Source: Pseudomonadota bacterium (GTDB lineage: Bacteria > Pseudomonadota > Gammaproteobacteria > Xanthomonadales > Rhodanobacteraceae). From it: 64,000 bases of DNA. The notes beneath the pieces are model-generated. The model was not told where the DNA came from. It was given only the letters and a program-made list of their open reading frames with translations, and did not search any database. A program made the position numbers and the translations under genes. This document shows, piece by piece, positions 53,852-62,690 of this stretch. The stretch spans positions 1,963 through 65,962 of the forward strand of contig JAJXWZ010000197.1 of the NCBI GenBank assembly GCA_021781345.1. The letters run 5' to 3'. Within the stretch, counting starts at the first letter, position 1; every line of letters begins with the position of its first letter.

Positions 53852-54268
53852 AGGTTCGTGATCCCGGCGCAGGCCGGGGTCCAGGCTGTGCATGTAGGCC
53901 GTTTCCGCTCGCAAGCGAGCTGCTGTTTGTTTCTGCAAAAAGTAGCCAAAAACCATGGCGCCCGCGGCGGTGATCCCGACAACGTCCTGTTGTCTCGATT
54001 GCCCTTGCCGCTTGGCGAACGCGCGCCAGCGCGAACCACTCGCCATATCCCTGGGGCTCGCCCATCGCTAACGCCAAGAGCCGCCTTCGGCGTTCAAATC
54101 GGCAGTCCCTGCCGATTCAGTCCTGCGTCCCTGTCGTCGGACGTGGCGACTTTCCCGCGCGATCGCCCGCGCGCCTTGGAGGCGCGCGGAATAAGGACAT
54201 GGATGTCATTGTTCGTGGCGAGAGGCTCGAATGGTCCGTTCGCTTGCGAGCGGAGCCGCCCCTGGATG

Positions 54269-56077
54269 TCAGATGGCGTCGCGCACCGCCGCCACGGGCC
54301 CGAATCGCGGAAACCGCGCGAGGATCGCGCGCCGGATGCCGTCGGCATCCAGTCCCGCCTCGGCCAGCAACTGCTCGCGCGAGGCGTGTTCGAGGAACGC
54401 ATCCGGCAGGCCGAGCTGCAGCAGTGGAATCTGGACGCCATGCGCCGAGAGCAGTTCGCTGACGGCCGATCCCGCGCCGCCGGCGACAACGTTGTCCTCG
54501 AGCGTCACCAGCGCGTCGTGCGTGCGTGCCAGTTCCAGCAGCAGCGATTCGTCCAGCGGCTTCACGAAACGCATGTTGACGACACTCGCATCGATTTCGT
54601 CGGCAACGGCAAGCGCCGGCGCCAGTGTGCAGCCGAACGCGAGCATGGCGATGCCGCGCCCGCGCCTGCGCAGCTCCGCCTTGCCGATCGGCAAAGCAGT
54701 CAACGCGGGATCGATGGCGACGCCCGGACCGTCGCCGCGCGGGTACCGGATCGCCGCGGGCCCTTCGTGGCGGTAACCCGTCGTCAGCAACTGCCGGCAC
54801 TCGTTTTCGTCGGCGGGCGCCATCACGACCATGTTCGGGATGCAGCGCAGGTAGCCGAGGTCGAAACTGCCCGCATGGGTCGGACCATCGGGACCGACCA
54901 CGCCGGCGCGATCGATCGCGAAAGTGACGTCCAGGCCCTGCAGCGCGACGTCGTGGATCAACTGATCGTAGGCACGCTGCAGGAAGGTCGAGTAGATCGC
55001 GACCACGGGTTTCACGCCCTCGCAAGCGAGCCCGGCAGCCAGTGTCACGGCATGTTGTTCGGCGATCGCGACGTCGAAATAGCGGTCCGGGAACGCCTGC
55101 GAAAAGCGCACCATGCCGGAACCTTCGCGCATCGCCGGCGTGATCGCCACGAGCCGGGCATCCACCGCGGCCATGTCGCACAGCCAGTCGCCGAACACTT
55201 CACTGTAGGAGGGCGTGCCGGTCGCGGGCTGCGCGACACCCCGCGCGGGGTCGAACCGGCCGACCGCGTGGTATTCGATCTGGGCCCGTTCGGCGTGGAC
55301 GTAGCCCTTGCCCTTGGTCGTGACCACGTGCAGCAGTTGCGGGCCACGCCGGTCCTTCACTTCACGCAGCGCGGCGAGCAACGCCGGCAGGTCGTGGCCG
55401 TCCACCGGACCGCAGTAGGCGAAGCCGAGTTCCTCGAACAACGCTTCGGGATGCGGCCCCGATTCGCCCGCTTCGCCCGCTCGCAGGCGCGCCAGGGTAC
55501 GGTCCAGGCCGCCTACGTTTTCGCTGATCGACATGCCGTTGTCGTTCAATACCACCAGCATGTCGGGCGCTACGCCGCCCGCATGGTTCAGGGCCTCGTA
55601 GGCCATGCCGCCGGTGATCGCGCCGTCGCCGATTACGGCCACCACCTTGCGGTGATCGCCGGCGCGCTGCAGCGCGATGGCCATGCCCAGCGCCGCGGAA
55701 ATGGATGTCGAGGCGTGGCCGACGCCGAACGTGTCGTATCGGCTTTCCGCGCGTGACGGAAACGGCGCCAGCCCGTCCTTCTTCTTGATGCTGGTGATGC
55801 GGTCGCGGCGTGCGGTGAGGATCTTGTGCGGGTAGCTTTGGTGGCCGACGTCCCAGACCAGGCGATCGCGCGGCGTGTCGTACAGATAGTGCAGGGCGAG
55901 AGTCAACTCGACCACGCCGAGTCCGGCGCCGAAGTGCCCGCCGACGCTCGCCACCGACTCGATCAGGTACGCGCGCAACTCGTCCGCGACCTTCGGGAGT
56001 TCCGCTTCGGAAAGCCGCCTCAGGTCTTCCGGCGAATCGACGCGGGCCAGCAGTGGATAGCGATTGCGATCGATCAT
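54269..56077 (-). CDS. dxs: 1-deoxy-D-xylulose-5-phosphate synthase
   Basis: 602-aa [23 protein letters not shown]...[19 protein letters not shown]...[11 protein letters not shown]...[19 protein letters not shown]. This is classic Dxs. Confidence 0.95.
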   Translation of the reverse strand: MIDRNRYPLLARVDSPEDLRRLSEAELPKVADELRAYLIESVASVGGHFGAGLGVVELTLALHYLYDTPRDRLVWDVGHQSYPHKILTARRDRITSIKKKDGLAPFPSRAESRYDTFGVGHASTSISAALGMAIALQRAGDHRKVVAVIGDGAITGGMAYEALNHAGGVAPDMLVVLNDNGMSISENVGGLDRTLARLRAGEAGESGPHPEALFEELGFAYCGPVDGHDLPALLAALREVKDRRGPQLLHVVTTKGKGYVHAERAQIEYHAVGRFDPARGVAQPATGTPSYSEVFGDWLCDMAAVDARLVAITPAMREGSGMVRFSQAFPDRYFDVAIAEQHAVTLAAGLACEGVKPVVAIYSTFLQRAYDQLIHDVALQGLDVTFAIDRAGVVGPDGPTHAGSFDLGYLRCIPNMVVMAPADENECRQLLTTGYRHEGPAAIRYPRGDGPGVAIDPALTALPIGKAELRRRGRGIAMLAFGCTLAPALAVADEIDASVVNMRFVKPLDESLLLELARTHDALVTLEDNVVAGGAGSAVSELLSAHGVQIPLLQLGLPDAFLEHASREQLLAEAGLDADGIRRAILARFPRFGPVAAVRDAI

Positions 56078-56121
56078 CGGCGCATTGTCGCGCAGCGCGG
56101 GGAACCGCGCATGCGCCGGCG

Positions 56122-58080
56122 TCAGGACGCCTTCGCCTTGCCTGGCGCTTGCGCGCGCTTGCCGAACCGGCGCGCGAAGGTCTGCCGGATGCGGATCTGG
56201 CGATTGGTGTCGCGCATCTCGCGGATGCGGCGGCTGTTGGCCGCCATCACGTCACTGCGGGTCAGGATGCCGATCATGCGCCAGGGATCGTCGCGTGCGA
56301 CCACGACCAGCCGGCCCACGTTTTCGGCCACCATCAGGTCGGCCGCCTCGCGCAGGTTGTGGTCCTCGAACACCACGATCGGTGGCCGCCTCAACATGTC
56401 GCCGATGCGGGTGAGGCCCGGCTTGTCCGGATCCAGCAGGTCGCGCCGCGTGATCACGCCGCGCACGCGTCCGGCATCGTCGAGCACCGGATAGCCCTGG
56501 TGCTGCGCGCGCTCGCGGCCGGAGTTCATCCACTGCCGTACCTCGCCCAATTCGTCCGATGTCCGCAGCGCGCGCACGTCGTGGACGCACACCTTGCCCA
56601 CCGGCACCTGCTCGAGGAAGTCGGCCGAGTATTCGCTGGGTACCTTGATGCCGCGACGTGCGATCTTCTCGGTCATGATGGTGTTGCGCATCATCAGCGC
56701 CGAGATCAGGTACGCGGCCGTGCAGCCGCCCAGCAATGGCAACAGGCCTGCCGGCTGGTGGGTCGTCTCGAACGCGAACACGATCGAGGTGAGCAGTGCG
56801 CGTGAGGATCCGGCGAACATCGCGGCCATCCCGACCAGCGCGGCGATGCGCAGGTCGATGCCGAGGGACGGCCAGGCATGGCCGAAACCGGACGCGAGCA
56901 ACGCACCCAGCGCACCGCCGATCATGAACAGTGGTGCCAGCGTGCCGCCGGAGGTGCCGCTGCCCAGCGAAATCACCCACGAGACGAATTTGAGGATGCA
57001 CAGCGACAGCAGTACCTGCAGCCCGAAGTGCCCCTGTACCAACCCGTCGATGTTGTCGTAGCCGACACCCAGCGTGTTGGGCGCGAAGTAGCCGACCAGT
57101 CCCGCCGCCAGTCCGCCGATCGCGGGCCACCACATCCAGTGCACCGGCAGCTTCTCGAACAGGTCCTCGACCTTGTAGACGGCCTTGGTGACCCACACGC
57201 TGGCGTACCCGACCAGCGCGCCGAGCAGGATGTAACTCGCGAGCGCCCAGCCGCCGGGTTCCGCGATCGCCGGCATCGCGAACACCGCGCCTGATCCGAA
57301 CGTCGCATAGCGCACGCCGGTCGCGGTGACGCAGGCCAATGCCACCGGGATCAGCGAACTCGGACGCAGTTCGAACAGCAGCAACTCCACCGCCATCACC
57401 ACCGAGGCCACCGGCGCGCCGAATACCGCCGACATGCCAGCGGCGGCGCCGGCGGCCAGCAGCACCTTGCGTTCCTGCGCGGTGATGTCAAGGAACTGGC
57501 CCAGCAGCGAACCCAGCGCGCCGCCGGTCGAGATGATCGGTCCCTCGGCACCGAACGGGCCGCCGGTGCCGATCGCGAACGCCGACGACAGCGGCTTGAG
57601 CCAGGTGACGCGCGCGGGGATGGTGGATTCGTGCTCGAGCACGCGCTCCATCGCTTCCGGGATGCCGTGGCCCTGGATCGCGCGCGAACCCCAGCGCGCC
57701 ATGATCCCGGCGATCAGGCCGCCGATGGCGGGAATCACGATCACCCACGGCCCGAGATGGTTGTACGCGGGCGACAGGATCCCGGTGTGCCGGGGTGCCA
57801 GCGGCCCGATCACGTCGGACACGCGGCCGTAGAAGAAGATGTCGGTGAACAGGTTTATCAGCAGCAGCAGGACCTGCGCCACGCCGGCCGCGACCGCGCC
57901 CAGCAGGACCGCCATCAGGCTGATCAGCAGCACCCGCCGCGAAACCAGGGTCGATTCACGCGGCATGCGCGCGGCGTCGAGCGTGGAGCCCAGCGAGGGT
58001 GAGACCGGCAGCGCGTCGGTGCTGCCGGTGGTGCGGACGCTGGCGTTCTCGCGGGGCGTTGGGGTGTCTTGCGGGCTCAT
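56122..58080 (-). CDS. ClC-family chloride channel/antiporter with C-terminal CBS pair
   Basis: 652-aa ORF. ClC selectivity motifs are [20 protein letters not shown] and [14 protein letters not shown]. The C-terminal roughly 150 aa is CBS-like ([11 protein letters not shown]..., [18 protein letters not shown]). Confidence 0.9.
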   Translation of the reverse strand: MSPQDTPTPRENASVRTTGSTDALPVSPSLGSTLDAARMPRESTLVSRRVLLISLMAVLLGAVAAGVAQVLLLLINLFTDIFFYGRVSDVIGPLAPRHTGILSPAYNHLGPWVIVIPAIGGLIAGIMARWGSRAIQGHGIPEAMERVLEHESTIPARVTWLKPLSSAFAIGTGGPFGAEGPIISTGGALGSLLGQFLDITAQERKVLLAAGAAAGMSAVFGAPVASVVMAVELLLFELRPSSLIPVALACVTATGVRYATFGSGAVFAMPAIAEPGGWALASYILLGALVGYASVWVTKAVYKVEDLFEKLPVHWMWWPAIGGLAAGLVGYFAPNTLGVGYDNIDGLVQGHFGLQVLLSLCILKFVSWVISLGSGTSGGTLAPLFMIGGALGALLASGFGHAWPSLGIDLRIAALVGMAAMFAGSSRALLTSIVFAFETTHQPAGLLPLLGGCTAAYLISALMMRNTIMTEKIARRGIKVPSEYSADFLEQVPVGKVCVHDVRALRTSDELGEVRQWMNSGRERAQHQGYPVLDDAGRVRGVITRRDLLDPDKPGLTRIGDMLRRPPIVVFEDHNLREAADLMVAENVGRLVVVARDDPWRMIGILTRSDVMAANSRRIREMRDTNRQIRIRQTFARRFGKRAQAPGKAKAS

Positions 58081-58165
58081 CGGTGGCTCATGGACGGCGA
58101 CTGCTGCGATGCAGCATATCCGGCGCGACCATCGTGGCCAAGGGCGGCAGGCGGTCGTCGGCGCT

Positions 58166-58786
58166 TCAGGCCGCGGGACGCCGGTTGCGCGGCAGGTGGT
58201 GGACCAGGAACTCCATCTGGTCGGCCAGGATGTTGCGGTTGGACAGGATCAGGTGCTCGACCCAGCTCGGCTTGTACGGCACCGCGAGCAGGGGCATGCC
58301 GGCCTGCTGCGGCGTGCGTCCACCCTTCCTCAAATTGCAGGCCAGGCAGGCGGACACCACGTTCTCCCAGACGTCGCGACCGCCGCGCGACAGCGGCGCG
58401 ACATGGTCGCGCGTGAGTTCGTTTCGCGAACAATGCCTGCCGCAGTACAGGCACAGGTAACGGTCGCGCGCGAACAGCGCCGCGTTGCTGAGCGCGGGCG
58501 AGGGATCGATCGCGCTGCTGTGGCACTGGCCGCGGCTGGCAACGATCGGATGCAGCGCCAGCAGGCTCTGCTCGCCGGTTTCGCGGCGGAATCCGCCGTG
58601 CAGGGTCAGGCACGGCTCGCCCAGCGTCCAGGCCACCGCATCACGCACGTACAGGCAGGCCGCGTCCTGCCAGCTGATCCAGTCGAGGATGCGCCCGCCG
58701 GCGTCGAGCGAGAGCACGCGCGTGGTGTGCAGATCCGCGATGGCGCACCCGACGTGTTCGATGGAGCTGGCTGTGTGCGAGTCCAT
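58166..58786 (-). CDS. HNH endonuclease family protein
   Basis: ATG 58786 (MDSHTASS) inside ORF 58166..59032. The HNH/Zn-finger core is CLYCGRHCSRNELTRDHVAPLSRGGRDVWENVVSACLACNLRKGGRT. Confidence 0.8.
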   Translation of the reverse strand: MDSHTASSIEHVGCAIADLHTTRVLSLDAGGRILDWISWQDAACLYVRDAVAWTLGEPCLTLHGGFRRETGEQSLLALHPIVASRGQCHSSAIDPSPALSNAALFARDRYLCLYCGRHCSRNELTRDHVAPLSRGGRDVWENVVSACLACNLRKGGRTPQQAGMPLLAVPYKPSWVEHLILSNRNILADQMEFLVHHLPRNRRPAA

Positions 58787-59004
58787 GACCGGCGCAGCAT
58801 AGAACAAATTTGTTGCAGGACGCCAGCAGCTGGCCGCGTCCGGTGGACCGGCGGTTTGCCAGCCGCGAGTCTTGATCCTGGTTGGAGGCGCTGCCCCTGC
58901 TGGAGCGGCTACCGGCGGGTTGCCTGCCGGCGGATCGGTGCTTGCGCTATGCTTCGGGAACGCAAGGTTGCGGCACCCGTGAAGATCGAAGGGGGCTGGC
59001 ACGC

Positions 59005-60798
59005 ATGGCAGACGTTTTCGTGTCGTACGCACGCGCCGACAAGGCTCGCGTCGCGCCGCTGGTGGCCGCGATCGAAGCGAAGGGCTGGTCGGTGTGGTGG
59101 GACCCCGAGATCAGCCCGGGCCAGGAATTCGACGACCAGATCGACGCAGAGATCGACGCGGCCAAGGCCGTGCTGGTGGTTTGGACGCCGACCTCGGTGG
59201 CCTCGCGCTGGGTACGCGGCGAGGCGCGCGAGGCGGCCGATCGGGGCGTGCTGGTGCCCGTGCGGTTCGAGCTGGCGCGCCTGCCGATGGACGTGCGCGC
59301 GATCCATACCACCGACCTCGACGACTGGCGCGAGGATCCTGCGCATCCCGCTGTGCTGGAATGCCTGAATGCGCTGGCCGCGATGATCGCGCGCGCGGAT
59401 GCCGCGCTGGCGGCGAAAAAGGCCGCCGACGCGCCCGCCACGAGAGCCGGCAAGGAGGCTGCGAGTTTCTCGATCTGCGTGTTGCCCTTCGTCAACATGA
59501 GCGGCGATCCCGAGCAGGAGTATTTCAGCGACGGCATCACCGAGGACATCATCACCGACCTCAGCAAGGTGTCGGCGCTGGAAGTCGTCTCGCGCAACGG
59601 TTCATTCCTGTACAAGGGCAGGCAGGTCGACGTGCCCAAGGTCGCGCACGACCTCAAGGTCACGCACGTGCTGGAAGGCAGCGTGCGCAGGGCCGGCGGC
59701 CGCGTGCGGATCAGCGCCCAGTTGATCGACGGCACCAGCAACCGGCACGTGTGGGCCGAGCGTTACGACCGCGATGCCAGCGACATCTTCGCGTTGCAGG
59801 ACGAGATTTCCCACGCCATCGTCAAGGCCCTGAAATTACGGCTGCTGCCATCCGAGAAGAAGGCCATCGAGCGGCGCGGTACAGACAGCGTGGAAGCCCA
59901 TGACCTGTACCTGATGGCGCGGCAGACGTACGTCAACAACCAGGAGGACCTGCGTTCCGCCCAGGCGATCGTTCGCCTGTGTACCCGGGCGACCGAGATC
60001 GATCCCCAATACGCGCCGGCGTGGGCACTCATGGCCATGGGCTTTCGCAGCCTGCGCGAGTGGGGTGTGCAATCGGAGGACGGCATGGCGGCGGCCGAGC
60101 GCGCGCTGGCCATCAACCCGGATCTGGCCGAGGCCCATGCGGTCAAGGCCTACATCCTGTTGATGAAGGACGAAACCGACGCGGCAGCGCAGGAAATAGA
60201 CATCGCGCTGAAGCTGGATCCCGAGTCCTATGAGGCCAATCGCTCGGCGGGGCGCCTGAACTACCTTCTGCACGACTACGAAACAGCCATCGCGCGCTAC
60301 GAGAAGGCCGTCAGCCTGATGGAAGCCGACCTCAATTCGGCGGGAATGCTGATCGCCTGCTACAAGGTGCTGGGCAACGACGCAGGTTTGCGCCGATCCG
60401 CCGAGTTCGCGTTGCATCGCGCGGAGGGCATCCTTGCCCGTGACCAGAACAATTCGAGCGCGCTGGTCTACAGCGCCTATGCGTTGGCTTCGTTGGGTGA
60501 GGGTGAACGCGCCAAGACCCGCATGAACCGCGCGATCGTGATCGATCCTGAAAACTGGGACATGCGCTACAACTTCGCATGTGCCCTGAACTGCTACCTG
60601 CACGAACAGGAAGCCGCGCTGGAAATGCTCAAGCCGCTGTTCGGCGAGATTACCGGTTCATTCCTGCGCTATCTGAAAGCCGATCCCGACCTCAAATCGC
60701 TCCACGGCGACCCGCGTTTCCAGGCTTTGGTCGCCTCCGCGGAGGCGCGTCTGGCGGCGGCGAAGGCCGGCGTGCCACCGGCACCGGAGACCGCCTGA
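59005..60798 (+). CDS. TIR domain protein fused to a TolB-N-terminal-like (COG5616-type) module and TPR repeats, paralogue 1
   Basis: ATG 59005 inside ORF 58882..60798. The N-terminal roughly 140 aa are TIR-like (MADVFVSYARADK, GWSVWWDPEISPG, VLVVWTPTSVASRWVRGEAREA). The middle module is SICVLPFVNMSGDPEQEYFSDGITEDIITDLSKV...THVLEGSVRRAGGRVRISAQLID...HVWAERYD. The C-terminal roughly 300 aa are TPR-like helical repeats. Confidence 0.8.
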   Translation: MADVFVSYARADKARVAPLVAAIEAKGWSVWWDPEISPGQEFDDQIDAEIDAAKAVLVVWTPTSVASRWVRGEAREAADRGVLVPVRFELARLPMDVRAIHTTDLDDWREDPAHPAVLECLNALAAMIARADAALAAKKAADAPATRAGKEAASFSICVLPFVNMSGDPEQEYFSDGITEDIITDLSKVSALEVVSRNGSFLYKGRQVDVPKVAHDLKVTHVLEGSVRRAGGRVRISAQLIDGTSNRHVWAERYDRDASDIFALQDEISHAIVKALKLRLLPSEKKAIERRGTDSVEAHDLYLMARQTYVNNQEDLRSAQAIVRLCTRATEIDPQYAPAWALMAMGFRSLREWGVQSEDGMAAAERALAINPDLAEAHAVKAYILLMKDETDAAAQEIDIALKLDPESYEANRSAGRLNYLLHDYETAIARYEKAVSLMEADLNSAGMLIACYKVLGNDAGLRRSAEFALHRAEGILARDQNNSSALVYSAYALASLGEGERAKTRMNRAIVIDPENWDMRYNFACALNCYLHEQEAALEMLKPLFGEITGSFLRYLKADPDLKSLHGDPRFQALVASAEARLAAAKAGVPPAPETA

Positions 60799-60858
60799 TG
60801 GTCGCCACCCGACCCGCGTGCCCGGCCTTGGCAATGGCGGACAGCGAAGGTAGAACCC

Positions 60859-62658
60859 ATGGCTGATGTTTTCATTTCCTACGCCCGCGCCGACAAGGCG
60901 CGCGTCACGCCGCTGGTAGCAGCGATCGAGGCCAGGGGCTGGTCGGTGTGGTGGGATCCGGAGATCAGCCCGGGCAAGGAGTTCGACGACGAGATCGACG
61001 AAGCGCTGCAGGCCGCCAAGGCGGTGCTGGTGGTGTGGACGCCGATTTCGGTCGTGTCGCGCTGGGTGCGCGGGGAGGCGCGCGATGCCGCCGAGCGCGG
61101 GGTGCTGGTTCCGGTGAGGTTCGACCAGGCGCGGCTGCCGATCGACGTACGCGCGATCCATACCACCGACCTTGACGACTGGGGCGAGGATCCAGCGCAT
61201 CCCGCGTTGCAGGAATGCCTGCACGCACTGGCCGCCATGATCGCGCGCACCGAGGCGCGTTCGGCCACGGCGGAAACCGCTACTGCCAAGTCCGGATCGC
61301 AAGCCGATTCCAGACGCTTCTCCGTATGCGTGCTGCCTTTCATCAACATGAGCGGCGATCCCGAGCAAGAGTATTTCAGCGATGGCATCACCGAGGACAT
61401 CATCACCGACCTAAGCAAGGTGTCGGCGCTGGCCGTCGCGTCCAGCAACAGCGCCTTTACGTACAAGGGCAGGCACGCGGACATCCAGAAGGTCGTGCGT
61501 GACCTCAAGGTGACGCACGTGCTCGAAGGCAGCGTGCGCAAGGCAGGCGGACGGGTGCGGATCAACGCGCAGTTGATCGACGGTAAGACCAACAACCACG
61601 TGTGGGCCGAGCGCTACGATCGAGACGCCAGCGACATCTTCGCGATCCAGGACGAGATCTCGCAGGCCATCGTCAAGGCGCTCAAATTGCGCCTGCTGCC
61701 TGCCGAAAAGAAGGCGATCGAACGGCGCGGTACCGACAGCGTCGAGGCATACAACCTCTTCCTGATGGCGAGGCAAGCTTATGTGTCCAGCCAGGATTCC
61801 GACGCGCGCAACGCACAAACCATCATCCGGCTTTGCGCCCGCGCAACTGAAATCGACCCTCGCTATGCGCAAGCCTGGGCGCTCATGGCCATCGGCCACA
61901 GGGGATTGCGTGAAGCGCAGGGTGGTGGCGCCGACGATGGCATGCGGGCCGCAAATAAGGCCTTGGCCCTGGATCCCGATCTGGCCGAAGCCCATGCCGT
62001 CAAAGCCCAGCTGTTGCAAGCGGATGGCCATGCCGGCGAGGCGGCGGCCGAGGTTGCGGTTGCGCTCGACCTGGACGCAGGGTCCTACGAGGTCAACCGT
62101 GCGGCCGGACGCTTGAACTACTTGCTCCAGAGGTACGAGGACGCTGCCCGCTTCTACGAAAAGTCGGCAGGGTTGATGGAGACGGACATCAATTCGGTCT
62201 CGATGCTGATCAGCTGCTATACCGCAATGGGGAACGCGACGGGCGTGCGCCACGCGGCCGAACTGGCCGTCAAGCGTGCCGAAGCCATCCTGGCTCGCGA
62301 CCAGAACAATGCCGGTGTCATGCTCTACAGCGCCTATGCACTTTCGGCACTTGGCGAAGGCGAACGGGCCAAGGCGCGCATGAGCCATGCATTGCTGATC
62401 GACCCCGACAATTTCAACATGCGCTACAACTTCGCGTGTGCCCTGAGCGTTCATCTGAAGGACAAAGACGCCGCACTCGAAATGCTTGCCCCGGTATTTG
62501 CGACGATGACCGATGCCTTCATGCCATTCGCGATCGCCGACCCGGATCTGGACCTGGTTCGCGATGATCCCCGCTACCAGGCCATGGTCGCGGCCGCCGA
62601 GGCACGCCTGGCGGCGGCGAAGGATCCGGCGGCACCGGCGGGCAGGCAGCCCGTCTAG
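60859..62658 (+). CDS. TIR domain protein fused to a TolB-N-terminal-like module and TPR repeats, paralogue 2
   Basis: 599-aa ORF, collinear with paralogue 1. Long identical blocks include MSGDPEQEYFSDGITEDIITDLSKVSAL, DLKVTHVLEGSVR and HVWAERYDRDASDIFA. It has the same TIR N-terminus, MADVFISYARADK...SRWVRGEARDAA. Confidence 0.8.
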   Translation: MADVFISYARADKARVTPLVAAIEARGWSVWWDPEISPGKEFDDEIDEALQAAKAVLVVWTPISVVSRWVRGEARDAAERGVLVPVRFDQARLPIDVRAIHTTDLDDWGEDPAHPALQECLHALAAMIARTEARSATAETATAKSGSQADSRRFSVCVLPFINMSGDPEQEYFSDGITEDIITDLSKVSALAVASSNSAFTYKGRHADIQKVVRDLKVTHVLEGSVRKAGGRVRINAQLIDGKTNNHVWAERYDRDASDIFAIQDEISQAIVKALKLRLLPAEKKAIERRGTDSVEAYNLFLMARQAYVSSQDSDARNAQTIIRLCARATEIDPRYAQAWALMAIGHRGLREAQGGGADDGMRAANKALALDPDLAEAHAVKAQLLQADGHAGEAAAEVAVALDLDAGSYEVNRAAGRLNYLLQRYEDAARFYEKSAGLMETDINSVSMLISCYTAMGNATGVRHAAELAVKRAEAILARDQNNAGVMLYSAYALSALGEGERAKARMSHALLIDPDNFNMRYNFACALSVHLKDKDAALEMLAPVFATMTDAFMPFAIADPDLDLVRDDPRYQAMVAAAEARLAAAKDPAAPAGRQPV

Positions 62659-62690
62659 CGAGCGGGTCCGACGCGGCTCGTGGACTTCGG

